Notes: a model not told the origin generated them from the letters alone. Counted from the stretch's first letter, positions 28,244-38,711 are shown. The stretch: 58,542 bases of DNA from Candidatus Hodarchaeum mangrovi (GCA_016839515.1 JAEOUE010000121.1:1-58542); one strand, 5' to 3'. Translations and numbers: made by a program.

Positions 28244-31200
28244 TTATATTTTCCTCTCTCCACAAAAAGGACAACCCGTTGGTAAGAGGTCATTAATATT
28301 TATTAGGGTTCCACATTCAGAACAGAACATTTTAAAGTCATCAGAAGGCTGATTTGATTCTTTGTCAATCCTTAATAAATTTACTCCTTTGGTAAATAAA
28401 TTTTCGCTTTCCAATTCAGATATTTCAGAGGATGATAATTCTAATTCCTCAATCATCGATGCTTCTTGCTTCATATCATTTTTTTCTAGAATGTTAATTC
28501 CTAGCATTTGATCTAAACCAACATGCTTTATTCCAGATTTTTTACTTTTTTGGCTTTTCTTATCTACTTTTATTTGGTGAGGAGTACTCTCTCTGATTTT
28601 CGATTCTTCAATAATTAAATTTTCCTCTTGACTAATTATTGAATCATTAGATACTTCCGTTTCAATTTCAAAAGATGATTCAACATAGTCTAAATCAGAA
28701 AATTCTAATTCTTTTTGTTCTTCAATTATTGCTTGTTGTATTTCCATTGGGTATTTTATCATGCGATCAAATATTCTAGAGGGACCAAAAATCTCTTTTA
28801 TATACTGATTTACATCGATCAGACTTTTTACATCAGCTACAGTCTTAAATGAGTCTATCTCGAAACTCAATCTGGCAATATCATGATTCATCAAAATACG
28901 TTTAATAGTTGAAAAGTCAAAATCAAAGACTTGCTTTGGAATGACACGATTTCCTTTTATATTAAGCATCTGAACTCTTGTACCTAGATCAACGGAAAAA
29001 CCTAAATCAATTAGTATCTTCGCTGCGTCTACTTGTGGTAATTTAGATTTATAGTCTGTTAATGATTTGTTAATGGCTTTGGGTTTTACTAAATAAGAGA
29101 TATCAATTTCTCCATTAGTTATTTCAGAATGAATACGATCAGAAACCTTATTTGCTTCTTGATATAGTTGAGAAAGACTCAGAGGAGAATCAGGATTATA
29201 ATTCTCTAAATATGCCCTAATAATTTCTTCTTGAAAGTATTTTTGTAATTCTGAAAAGTCAGCTCGTTTTGACTCTAGTCCAGTAAGCTCCTTTTCTTCC
29301 CAACTCTTATTATCTTTATCGTAATTATAAACAATATACTTCTTTTTTCCCATGACAAATTGAAAATCATAGGGACCATCCTGCTCAAATCCTATAAGCG
29401 AATTACTTGTTCTTTTGATTGTTTTACCGTCATTTATCCAATAATTATCATTTTGTGAGACGCATTTAACTTTACTATTAAGAATACTATCAATTAGGTT
29501 AATTTCCATGTTTAAAATTTCCTTTTTACCTCCTGATGGATATGAAACTGAAACAGGAAAATCATGGGGAAAATCTTTTGGTATCCAGAGCCATATACCA
29601 TCTGTGTCTAATTCAGTCACCAAACCTATTTTTTCTAATTCTTCTGCTGCCCAATGAATTAAATCTGCAGATAACTTCGTAGTTATTCCTGCACATGGGG
29701 TACTGGCGTTTCTAACTCCAGCCTTCATTCCTAAAAGACCATAAATACTATTAAGAGGTACTTTCATTCCTAATTGTGTACTATCATGGAATTTCTGTTG
29801 ACGAATTAATTCAGCGGGAACTTCTTGATTTAAAGTATTTCTGTGAGTTATTATAGAGTAAAGTCTTTTAGCTTCAACCTTATGACGAACTCTTTTTTCA
29901 AAAAACTCATCCATTATTCGAGCAACAAAATTGTACGATTTTTGACATACTCGAGAATAAACAGAGAGAAGTACTGTTATATTTTTCTTCCGAACATCAA
30001 CACTCATGAAAATTTTCTGTGGTAAGGTAATACTAGCTGGTAAATCGTCAAAAATATCAAAATGATTTTGATCCAAAGTTGCAATAATTTGTGCTCCCTC
30101 GATCGAATCCCGAATCCATTTTTGGAGTACTGAATAAGGATCTTTCGTCATTATGGATCCAAGATAAGTTTTATTTAGGGGAACTTTTCTAATTTTATTT
30201 CTTTTTATTTTATAAGCTTCAGTAGTGACCCCATCATTCGTGAAAATTTCCTGTGACCGTGTTATTCCATTTAATAATGGTTCATATTTTTTACATTTAA
30301 CTTCATCTTGATTCCTACATTTGGAGGGATCACATGGCCCCGAACTCACTTGTTTGTGACGACATGGACGAAGAGCAGTTAGTTTAACGACCCAATCCTT
30401 TTCAATAAAGCAGCTTTTGTCCGATTCATAATGTTCACACCTACCACAACGACTAAGTGGAATAATAGCTGATGGTTGAAGCTTGTATTGCCGGATTTGT
30501 GAGGGATACATTGATGTAACGTCTACATGAATCCCCTTTAGTTGAGTTTCATCTTTTAACTCACTGATTTTATTGAGTTTGTCAATAACATCATTAATTG
30601 TCTCATTTTCTCCGAAAATCTGGAATTTTGATAAATCTTCAAGAATATTACTAACAAGAGATAAAGACCCCTTGAGAGCATCACTAGATATACCATTTCG
30701 TAAAAATTCTCTTTCTACTTCATGTAAAATATAGGGTGAATTAGTAGAAAGATCTATTCCATCTAATTCTATTCGTGTTCCAAGATCTTGAAGAACCCTC
30801 TTGTCGAATTCCTCTTTGATAATTTTTTTTAGATAATTTTCACTTTCATTTCTAATTATTTGTGGTAATAACTCTTTTAAATCATCTAATGCCTTTTTAT
30901 TTGGATTGTATTTATAAAAAAGATCACTTCGCCAGATACCAGGTCTTTTAGCTTCTACTAGCCCTCCAGTATATGCCAATGATTTTACATTTATATTTGA
31001 GGAGAAATTATCAATGGATTCCTTTTCAATACGTCTTTTGGACACTATATTATTAATAAAGCCCTCTGCATCAATTAATAGGTCATCTAGAGACCCTGCT
31101 CTACGTGTAAGTATCTCACTTGAGGGTACGGGAAACATTTGACCTATTGAAATGAAAAAATCGAGTACAATTTCTCGTACATACTTCCAAGTAATTAAAC

Positions 31201-32566
31201 CATCACAACTAGCATATGCTGCTGCATTTACTGGATCGTCTTTAATAGCAAATAATGCTTCTCTTCCTATTGGAATAATTTTGAGTTTTTTTTCTACACT
31301 TGGTTTTAAACCTAGATCTTTTTTGGGAAGATAACTATATTTTTCATTGAAAAGATAAGCATCGAGGTGGATCACTCCTCCTCCTTTGACATGATCAATA
31401 CTCCCAGGAGAATATCGTTGTTCAGTTGTTTCCAGATGCTTAGACTTACTTCCTTTGTATTTTATAATAAACCCTGTCTCTTTTTCCCATGAAAATCCAT
31501 GTCTTTGCGATCTGTATGCAAGGAATGGAATATCAAATTGACTACCAAAAAAATCAGCGATTACATCTGGTTTATAATCTATTAAAAATTTATAAAAAAT
31601 TTGTAGAAGTTCTTTCTCATTCCTTGAGATATAAACTTTAACAGTGTGTCTTTCTATAATATCTTTAGGTGATTTTAGAGAATCTAAATAAATCCAGTCA
31701 ATCCATGGTTTGGAATGTTCATCATCATTCTTCCTTATAAGAATCTCCATATCCTGCATATCTTTGGCTTCAACCTCCTCAGAATTAATTATTAATAAAT
31801 TTTTATAACCTGTAAACAGTGATATCATGGTTATCGAATCTTTTTCGGGATTTGGATCTCTAGTTTGCTCAAAAACTGTTTCAATATCGAAAGCAAGAAT
31901 TTTTAAATCGGGTGGTGCTTTGTTTGGAATCAATTCTAAATTCTGAATTTCACAATTTCGTATTTGAGCTTTGTACCAATATCCTACATGTAGTTGATGA
32001 TCAATTGCCGTTCGGTGATGAAAAAGAACATCAGCTTCTCTCCACTCTACAACTCCTAGGATTTCTTCGCAATTTTTTCTTAATTCAGGTACGGATCCAG
32101 GATGATTTACGGTTATTTTTAAAAAAAATTTCTTACGTAAAAAAGTTAAATCTGCAGCATCATAACTAAGCTGATTCTCAATTTTTGTGACACGATATCC
32201 TCCAATGTTTTGAATTTGAGTTATAATGTTCCCTATTTCGTATTTACTTAAATCATCACGAAGTAGTAGATAAAAATACGGATCGTGACGTAAAAAGGCT
32301 TTATGTTTTTCATGGTTTTCATCTAGGAAATACACTTGAACACCATTGACTCTTTTTGAGCGACGTCGATACTCATTCTCATAATCAGGAGATTCAAGAG
32401 TATTATCATCTAAATGATTCGTTTCATCATCCTTACTATCAGTTTCATAATCTAAAATGAAAATTAAGAATTCTCCTCTTTCTTTATTAGTATAGGAAGC
32501 GAACCAAGAACGATATCCGAGATTTGAAGTTATTTTAATATCTAAAGTTGACATTATATCGACCAT
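28244..32566 (-). CDS. polB: Family B DNA polymerase, eukaryotic Pol epsilon (Pol2 catalytic half)-like, with C-terminal Zn ribbon
   Basis: ExoI AFDIET, ExoII FDIPF, ExoIII YASCD; PolA HVDVTSMYPS, PolB K..LNSIYG, PolC ELDTDGIW; epsilon-specific YLP, GG.VE...G..RSD, LQP, CxxCx8C...VCQ; C-terminal CSEC...CPFC. Confidence 0.93.
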   Translation of the reverse strand: MVDIMSTLDIKITSNLGYRSWFASYTNKERGEFLIFILDYETDSKDDETNHLDDNTLESPDYENEYRRRSKRVNGVQVYFLDENHEKHKAFLRHDPYFYLLLRDDLSKYEIGNIITQIQNIGGYRVTKIENQLSYDAADLTFLRKKFFLKITVNHPGSVPELRKNCEEILGVVEWREADVLFHHRTAIDHQLHVGYWYKAQIRNCEIQNLELIPNKAPPDLKILAFDIETVFEQTRDPNPEKDSITMISLFTGYKNLLIINSEEVEAKDMQDMEILIRKNDDEHSKPWIDWIYLDSLKSPKDIIERHTVKVYISRNEKELLQIFYKFLIDYKPDVIADFFGSQFDIPFLAYRSQRHGFSWEKETGFIIKYKGSKSKHLETTEQRYSPGSIDHVKGGGVIHLDAYLFNEKYSYLPKKDLGLKPSVEKKLKIIPIGREALFAIKDDPVNAAAYASCDGLITWKYVREIVLDFFISIGQMFPVPSSEILTRRAGSLDDLLIDAEGFINNIVSKRRIEKESIDNFSSNINVKSLAYTGGLVEAKRPGIWRSDLFYKYNPNKKALDDLKELLPQIIRNESENYLKKIIKEEFDKRVLQDLGTRIELDGIDLSTNSPYILHEVEREFLRNGISSDALKGSLSLVSNILEDLSKFQIFGENETINDVIDKLNKISELKDETQLKGIHVDVTSMYPSQIRQYKLQPSAIIPLSRCGRCEHYESDKSCFIEKDWVVKLTALRPCRHKQVSSGPCDPSKCRNQDEVKCKKYEPLLNGITRSQEIFTNDGVTTEAYKIKRNKIRKVPLNKTYLGSIMTKDPYSVLQKWIRDSIEGAQIIATLDQNHFDIFDDLPASITLPQKIFMSVDVRKKNITVLLSVYSRVCQKSYNFVARIMDEFFEKRVRHKVEAKRLYSIITHRNTLNQEVPAELIRQQKFHDSTQLGMKVPLNSIYGLLGMKAGVRNASTPCAGITTKLSADLIHWAAEELEKIGLVTELDTDGIWLWIPKDFPHDFPVSVSYPSGGKKEILNMEINLIDSILNSKVKCVSQNDNYWINDGKTIKRTSNSLIGFEQDGPYDFQFVMGKKKYIVYNYDKDNKSWEEKELTGLESKRADFSELQKYFQEEIIRAYLENYNPDSPLSLSQLYQEANKVSDRIHSEITNGEIDISYLVKPKAINKSLTDYKSKLPQVDAAKILIDLGFSVDLGTRVQMLNIKGNRVIPKQVFDFDFSTIKRILMNHDIARLSFEIDSFKTVADVKSLIDVNQYIKEIFGPSRIFDRMIKYPMEIQQAIIEEQKELEFSDLDYVESSFEIETEVSNDSIISQEENLIIEESKIRESTPHQIKVDKKSQKSKKSGIKHVGLDQMLGINILEKNDMKQEASMIEELELSSSEISELESENLFTKGVNLLRIDKESNQPSDDFKMFCSECGTLININDLLPTGCPFCGERKI

Positions 32567-33144
32567 AAAGATTTCAATAAGTTTTAATCTTTTTATTACG
32601 TTTGGAATACCTTTCTTTAAATTTAATAACTATTTTTTCTCTTTTCAATTATTTAAAACCGTTTATGAAAAATTATTGTAATTTTCAACTTTACTGTAAG
32701 TAGAAAATAAATATAGAGAATAATCATTGACAGAAGGGTTTTGAGATCAGGTGAAAGACAGATAAACCACCATCTAATTATATTATAAAAATATATCTCT
32801 GATTTTTAATACCCTAGAAGTACTTTATAAGTAGTACATGTTTATTAACTAATGAATTACGTGATACCGGCTTTTATAAATAAAATCCTTTTCCTTTATA
32901 AAGACTTATAGAAATTCTTTTAGATCAAGGGATTAATTACATTAACATTCTAAAGTTTGAATAATTCAAACTTCCTAAGACAAAATGTCGGATTAAATTA
33001 ACTTTTAATAAGAAAGAAGATAAAATATTAATAATTATCTTTAAACAATCATTAGATCTAATATGTACGAATAAACCTTTGAGGCAAAAGATTATTCACA
33101 AAATGAATATAGCTCTAAAAATATAATCAAGAGGATTGACGATT

Positions 33145-33405
33145 ATGGCATTTCAAAGATTAGGTGAGTTTAAAACCGAATTTGTGGCAACCTTGATCGC
33201 TATCATATTTATTATTGCAGGTTTAATGATACCAGAAATTTTACCTGATACATTTCCATTCGCAGTTCCAGGTTTTCAAGACACAACTTGGTTTAAGACT
33301 ATAATCTCAGTATTATTAATTGGGATGGGAGTTGTAGCCTTCGTTTGGCTTGTTGTTATTCACAGGTTTATTTTAAGAAAATCAAAGAAAGATTATATGT
33401 ATTAA
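33145..33405 (+). CDS. Small two-TM membrane protein
   Basis: Two hydrophobic helices and a basic tail; GAGG upstream; ATG at 33145 (ORF track starts 33136). Confidence 0.65.
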   Translation: MAFQRLGEFKTEFVATLIAIIFIIAGLMIPEILPDTFPFAVPGFQDTTWFKTIISVLLIGMGVVAFVWLVVIHRFILRKSKKDYMY

Positions 33406-33425
33406 TTTTAGGAATTGAGAATTCG

Positions 33426-33803
33426 ATGAGTAAGAAAGTTAAAGTAACAGAACCACTTAGAGTCTCCTCAACGGTTTGGAAAACCTTACTAGAAATTGAA
33501 GCGTTAAGAACTCGGGAACGAAAAATAATTCGCAATCTCTGGCGCGATTTAAAAGAATATAAAACTCAGACAATCCACCAACTTGTATTTGAACAAGCGA
33601 TGTCCTCAAGTTCAGCATTTCCATCAGTCTCCAAGAAAGAATTAGAAGATTGGATTATTGAAAATATTTCAACCGTAATTATCACACTAATCGAACAAGG
33701 AGATATCATAGTCTTAGAACAAGAACCAAATAGGACAGTGAAATGGTTGAAGAACCAATTAACGAAGATAACTGAACGTAAAGAAGAGAAAAAAGCCGAA
33801 TAA
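33426..33803 (+). CDS. Hypothetical protein, possibly winged-helix DNA-binding
   Basis: Likely start MSKKVKV at 33426 (ORF track 33345); helical with a terminal beta hairpin (LIEQGDIIV...TVKW). Confidence 0.55.
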   Translation: MSKKVKVTEPLRVSSTVWKTLLEIEALRTRERKIIRNLWRDLKEYKTQTIHQLVFEQAMSSSSAFPSVSKKELEDWIIENISTVIITLIEQGDIIVLEQEPNRTVKWLKNQLTKITERKEEKKAE

Positions 33804-33813
33804 TTTGATAATT

Positions 33814-36282
33814 TTATCTTTTTGCTTTTTCTAAACGATTCTGTACCATTTTATTAAAATCAATAAGTAAATCTGAGACAATATTATTTTCAATATTTAA
33901 AATTTCATTCAATTTAAAACTAAGTTTCCAAACTGGGGAAGTTTCATTGATTTTAATTATAGGTTCAATTGGATATAGGAAGATGTCATTGAACAGTTTA
34001 TTAATTCTTGGATCTTGATTTAATACGCTAAGTACTTTGATGGGAATTTTAAGAAGACCATACTCATACACCTTAATATCTAATCCCCCTTCTCCAAGAT
34101 TAACTCGCCCAAGCAATTCTAATTGTATAAAGGTAAAAATTGAATTAAGATATAGAAATAATATCTGATAATTCGTTTTAAAGTCTTTTTGTAACCTGAT
34201 ACCATAAAATCGAGCATCAAAATAAAGGTTTAAAGGATTATTAAAGAATATAAACCTATTATTGATGGTCATCAAACACAAAAAATCAAAAGTATTATTA
34301 TTAAAAGAAGGTAGCTCAAACCAAGAACTACGAGTCTTACATGTTGATCTCTCGTAATAAGGTTTTCCATTAATAGGTTTCCATGATTCACCCCATTTTA
34401 TGTATTCTAAGATACCAGACTTAAGTAATAATCCATTATTTACTAGAAGAACAACGAATTGAGTATCTTTTTCTAATATGTTAATGAAATGGAGGTTTTT
34501 TGGGGATTTAATTAGGTAATTAGGAATCCATTTAATACCCTCTGGATCGGTAAATGAAATCTCCCAGTTATAATTGTTAGATTTCTTTATTGGATGCATC
34601 CAATATTCCTTTTCAATTACAAAATTTGGTGAATTTGATCCTAATTGTTCGACAAATAATTCTATGGTTTGATCATCTTTGACGGTTAAAATCAGATCTC
34701 CATTATTTGGATTCCATTCAGATCGAAAGTATTTATTAGAAAAACCTGGTTTACCTAAATAAAAGAAGTCATTAGCTCCAGTAGTAAAACCTCTTTTTAA
34801 CACAGAAATTTCTGAAAGTTCCACATTCCCTAAATCGAGAATTTTATGGAATAAATAATAATTATAGGGGGCTCTAAAATACTTTCCCCATTTATTATCA
34901 TTCATTAGTATTCTAGATTTTATAACATTTGATTCAATAGTCTTATCTCTTTTATTTAGGTTTTCTAATAAAGATTTATCTGTGAATAAAGTTTTTAATC
35001 CAGCTTCACCAATTATAGAAGTAAATTGAATATCATATATTATACTAGGAATTGTTGGATTACACCTTTTCAGTGAAACAATTACTGTATTTACATCAAC
35101 TGAGGGAATTAATCTCTCATACTCACTTATTACCAAAGATTTAATCTGATAAAATCTTAGAAGAAAATTCTGTATCATTCGTCCATAATCAACATCTAAC
35201 CATGAATTAGGGATAATAACACCCATTGTATCATCTGTTTTTAGAAAAATCGTTGCATGAATTATAAAATATATATAAAAACTGATTCTCTTTGATAATA
35301 GATTAAAACTGGCAGAATAATCCAATGTCTGAAGATCTTGTTTAATTGTGTTTATTACAGCAGATTTATAGTCTTTTGGGATTTTTTCATGTCTTGTGTA
35401 AGGAGGATTCATCAGTATAGTAGTTTTATGAAATTTTAAATAAGATAAAACGTTTTTTGGAGTGCATTTAAAGAAGTCTGTTCTAATAATTTGTACATCC
35501 ACATTTTTTGAATTTTTTAAGCTCAATCGGAAATTTAATGCACTCTCTGCAATATCTGCTAGGAACTCATCATTCTCGATTCCCAGTAATATAACCTTGT
35601 TTGATTGAGAAATAATCTGTTCTAATGCAGTTAATAAGAGTATACCCGAGCCACAACAAGGATCTATAATTTGAGACGAATTTTTTATAATATTTTCTTG
35701 ACATAAGAATCTAGAAACATTTAATGGTGTAAAAACTTGTCCAGTAGTCTGTTTACGATAATCAGGTATAAAATTGTCCACTAAATATGGCAAAACTAAA
35801 CTATCTATTTCTTCTTTTCCTATTCGTTTTAAATATTTATTAATTTCCAAAAGTATTTTAAAATCAGATAATAGATAACTTATAACTTTATATAAGGCGA
35901 ACTCAGGTGCTAAAATGGTAAAATATGTACTTTCATCGTAAATACTTGACCATATATTTGTTAAATAAGTTGAAAAGCTAGAAAAATCCTTTATCGAAAT
36001 CATATATGTCAAATCTGAAGAGATTTTATGAAACTCAGATGAAGACATTGACTTCATTCGTAGAATAGTTAGTTTATCAAATAAATATACAGTTATCAAT
36101 CTTGATAAATTATAAAGAGAGAAATCTTCTTTGTTGTAACAAACATTCCATTTTAATTGGTTAAGAACAGATTGAATGGTCTTTTGCCCATTAACAGACG
36201 TTAAAGTTTTCTTAAGAATAATCTGAATCCTAGAAATAATTACTGACTCAAATTCTAAATACTTACTTACCAGAGAGTTCAT
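33814..36282 (-). CDS. Amino (N6-adenine) DNA methyltransferase with target-recognition region, Eco57I/type IIG-like; no evident nuclease domain
   Basis: GQVFTP, motif I IIDPCCGSG, motif IV NPPY, IIPNSWLDVDYG, RGFTTGANDFF. Confidence 0.85.
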   Translation of the reverse strand: MNSLVSKYLEFESVIISRIQIILKKTLTSVNGQKTIQSVLNQLKWNVCYNKEDFSLYNLSRLITVYLFDKLTILRMKSMSSSEFHKISSDLTYMISIKDFSSFSTYLTNIWSSIYDESTYFTILAPEFALYKVISYLLSDFKILLEINKYLKRIGKEEIDSLVLPYLVDNFIPDYRKQTTGQVFTPLNVSRFLCQENIIKNSSQIIDPCCGSGILLLTALEQIISQSNKVILLGIENDEFLADIAESALNFRLSLKNSKNVDVQIIRTDFFKCTPKNVLSYLKFHKTTILMNPPYTRHEKIPKDYKSAVINTIKQDLQTLDYSASFNLLSKRISFYIYFIIHATIFLKTDDTMGVIIPNSWLDVDYGRMIQNFLLRFYQIKSLVISEYERLIPSVDVNTVIVSLKRCNPTIPSIIYDIQFTSIIGEAGLKTLFTDKSLLENLNKRDKTIESNVIKSRILMNDNKWGKYFRAPYNYYLFHKILDLGNVELSEISVLKRGFTTGANDFFYLGKPGFSNKYFRSEWNPNNGDLILTVKDDQTIELFVEQLGSNSPNFVIEKEYWMHPIKKSNNYNWEISFTDPEGIKWIPNYLIKSPKNLHFINILEKDTQFVVLLVNNGLLLKSGILEYIKWGESWKPINGKPYYERSTCKTRSSWFELPSFNNNTFDFLCLMTINNRFIFFNNPLNLYFDARFYGIRLQKDFKTNYQILFLYLNSIFTFIQLELLGRVNLGEGGLDIKVYEYGLLKIPIKVLSVLNQDPRINKLFNDIFLYPIEPIIKINETSPVWKLSFKLNEILNIENNIVSDLLIDFNKMVQNRLEKAKR

Positions 36283-36373
36283 TTTTATTCAGATAAGGTG
36301 ATTTTGTTTTATAGATTTACTAGAAACTACTTGAATAAATATAATGATTAAAATTTCCTTGTAAATTTATCAA

Positions 36374-37132
36374 TTAATTATTAAAAAAATTATCTAAAGG
36401 AATTATTTTAGGAACGACTTGATTATAATACTTACAAAAATCCTTCATCGGGCAAATCAGGCACTTTGGATTTTTTGAAATGCAGATGAGAGCTCCCAAA
36501 TCCATTATGCCTTGATTTATTTCCCAAACATTTTTTTCATCAAGCATATCTTCCGAGAGTCTCCATATTATCTTATTAAAGTTGGAATTCTTTTCTAAAT
36601 CCCATACCCCAAAAACACGACTTAAAACTCGTTCTACATTAACATCAACTATAGCTGCTGTTCGTTCATTTACCCCAAAGGCAAAACTCAAAATTGCACC
36701 TGCAGTATATCGACCTATACCTTTAAGGGAAAGAAGACCCTCTAAAGTTTTCGGAAATTCACCATTAAAGTCATCCATTATCTGTTTAGCAATTCGATGT
36801 AAATATTCCCCTCTTTTTTTGTATCCTAGCTGGTCAGTTAATATTTTAACTTGTGATAAGGGAGCTTGTGATAAGGTTTGTAAAGTAGGAAATTTTTTTA
36901 TAAATTTTAAATAAATTGGAATCACTATTCCAACATTAGTCTGTTGTAACATTATTTCACTAACTAAAATGTGATAAGGATCTCTAGTATGTCTCCAAGG
37001 TAAATCACGACCTTCCTTACTAAACCATGAGATGAGAGATGTTCTAAAACGATCCATTAAAATATTATTATCTTCAGATGAGGAATTCATTGAGTCTTTC
37101 TCAACGGTTTTAATTTTTAATTTATCATTCAT
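36374..37132 (-). CDS. mutY: A/G-specific adenine glycosylase, short MutY (HhH-GPD, 4Fe-4S)
   Basis: LPWR, SEIMLQQT, LKGIGRYTAGA, VDVNVERVLSR, C-x6-C-x2-C-x5-C; lacks the C-terminal 8-oxoG domain. Confidence 0.85.
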   Translation of the reverse strand: MNDKLKIKTVEKDSMNSSSEDNNILMDRFRTSLISWFSKEGRDLPWRHTRDPYHILVSEIMLQQTNVGIVIPIYLKFIKKFPTLQTLSQAPLSQVKILTDQLGYKKRGEYLHRIAKQIMDDFNGEFPKTLEGLLSLKGIGRYTAGAILSFAFGVNERTAAIVDVNVERVLSRVFGVWDLEKNSNFNKIIWRLSEDMLDEKNVWEINQGIMDLGALICISKNPKCLICPMKDFCKYYNQVVPKIIPLDNFFNN

Positions 37133-37387
37133 TTATATTACCATTTAAGAAATCAAGCTACTAGGTACTTGAGTTAGTTTATTAGTCCTTTATAATGACA
37201 TCCAAAATTCAAAAGGATGTAATGTGATGATTTTATTTCAATTAAAAGCGAGCTTTTTCATAACGATATATAGATTCCATGGGTCAAAAAGAGATCTTAT
37301 TAAAACTCATTTTCATTCACCCTCAAATGAACACTTAAATAGGTTTACTCCCAACAATAAAGAAAATCACTAGGAATTGAGTGGAAG

Positions 37388-38203
37388 ATGAGTGAGAAGA
37401 AAGAAAGTACTACAAAAAAATTAGGCCGATATATTGGTAAGAAAGCTGTCGATGCTAGTCGTCTTATTGACCATGAAATGAGAAAAGCAGGAAGAATAGC
37501 AAGAGAAGAGTTGAAAGATCTTGATATTGGAAATATTATAGTTGAGCCAATAAAAAGACCTAAAAATGAATCTAGAATCCAATTTACGAATCGGACACGA
37601 CCTACAAAGACTTATACTCAAGCAAATAAAACTTTACAATTCTTTAGCAGGAATCCAGAAAAAGAAGTGATGAATCCAGGAATTGATGGATTGGTGAGCT
37701 TTTCCTTATTAATCGCCCCTTTTGCTGCATTTGTCGGAATTCTAATTCTTGTACTTGAATTCCCAAAAACAATTGCAATCTTACTCCTATTTCTATATAC
37801 TCTTCTTATTGCCATACCTGGAGCTTATTTAGGTGTAGATGCAATTTTAGCTGGGGCTCGTTCAGTTATAGTAGGTAGTACAACTACTATTATGATGATA
37901 CTACGTGGATTTGGAGAATTCATCTTTTTAATGGCTAAAGGATTTGTAGAATTATGCGTTCTTCTGTTGACGAATATATTTGGCTTTGCACGAGGTGCAT
38001 TTGAGACAATTACAGATTATATCGCATTTATCTTAGTTTATGGAATATTTACTGTCGGGTTATGGATTTTACTCCTAAATATAGGACTCGAGACAAGCGA
38101 TTTTATCATTATCAGTTTTATAGTCCTACTACCTGCTCTCCTACCAGCGAGTATTGCTCATAGGTATTGGGTCTTATGGAGAATGAATAGAAGGAGTAAT
38201 TAA
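37388..38203 (+). CDS. Membrane protein of unknown function
   Basis: Basic soluble N-terminus followed by several TM segments. Confidence 0.7.
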   Translation: MSEKKESTTKKLGRYIGKKAVDASRLIDHEMRKAGRIAREELKDLDIGNIIVEPIKRPKNESRIQFTNRTRPTKTYTQANKTLQFFSRNPEKEVMNPGIDGLVSFSLLIAPFAAFVGILILVLEFPKTIAILLLFLYTLLIAIPGAYLGVDAILAGARSVIVGSTTTIMMILRGFGEFIFLMAKGFVELCVLLLTNIFGFARGAFETITDYIAFILVYGIFTVGLWILLLNIGLETSDFIIISFIVLLPALLPASIAHRYWVLWRMNRRSN

Positions 38204-38249
38204 CTATTCTTACTATTCTTATACCAGAAATAAACAGGATTTATAACTC

Positions 38250-38711
38250 ATGAAATTTGATACTATTGATACACAAGATACCACAATAATCCGCTTACTA
38301 AGTAAAGATGGCAAGACTACATATCAAGAAATTGCAAGTCTTCTGAATTTCTCGCCACAAACAATATCCGATCGTGTTGATAAATTAGTCAAAAAAGGAA
38401 TTATAAAACGTTTTACTATAGAAGTAGATCCTGAAACAATTGGGTATGAAATAGAATTCATCTGTGAGCTAGATATTGATGCTAGTGTCATGGAAGAAGT
38501 ACTTGAAGTGCTACAAAAGATACCCGAAATCCACATGATAAGAATCACTACAGGGATTCATGACATCTTATGCATTGGCAATGCTTCTTCGATACAGAAT
38601 CTTCATGATGTGGTAGAAAAGAAAATTTCAACCATAAAGGGAGTGAGAAAAACTTATACCTCAATAACACTCCGAAAAGTAAAAACTAGTCAAGTGATGA
38701 ATCTGGTTTAA
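38250..38711 (+). CDS. Lrp/AsnC family transcriptional regulator
   Basis: D..D..II..L..DG..TY.EIA HTH, GIIKRFT, TGIHD, GVRKTYTSI RAM domain. Confidence 0.92.
   Translation: MKFDTIDTQDTTIIRLLSKDGKTTYQEIASLLNFSPQTISDRVDKLVKKGIIKRFTIEVDPETIGYEIEFICELDIDASVMEEVLEVLQKIPEIHMIRITTGIHDILCIGNASSIQNLHDVVEKKISTIKGVRKTYTSITLRKVKTSQVMNLV

Noticed and set aside
28244-32566. Possible intein explaining the polymerase length
   Set aside because: No intein N-terminal block, HN-C/S/T junction or LAGLIDADG motif; the length is consistent with epsilon-type inserts.
32567-33135. Long AT-rich intergenic region as a possible replication origin or dif site
   Set aside because: No repeated ORB-like boxes, no adjacent cdc6/orc1, and no complete dif-like inverted repeat; divergent promoters explain it.
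37150-37220. Short inverted repeats (TCAAG-N10-CTTGA; ACATCC-N11-GGATGT) in the divergent promoter region
   Set aside because: 5-6 bp arms are compatible with chance in AT-rich DNA.
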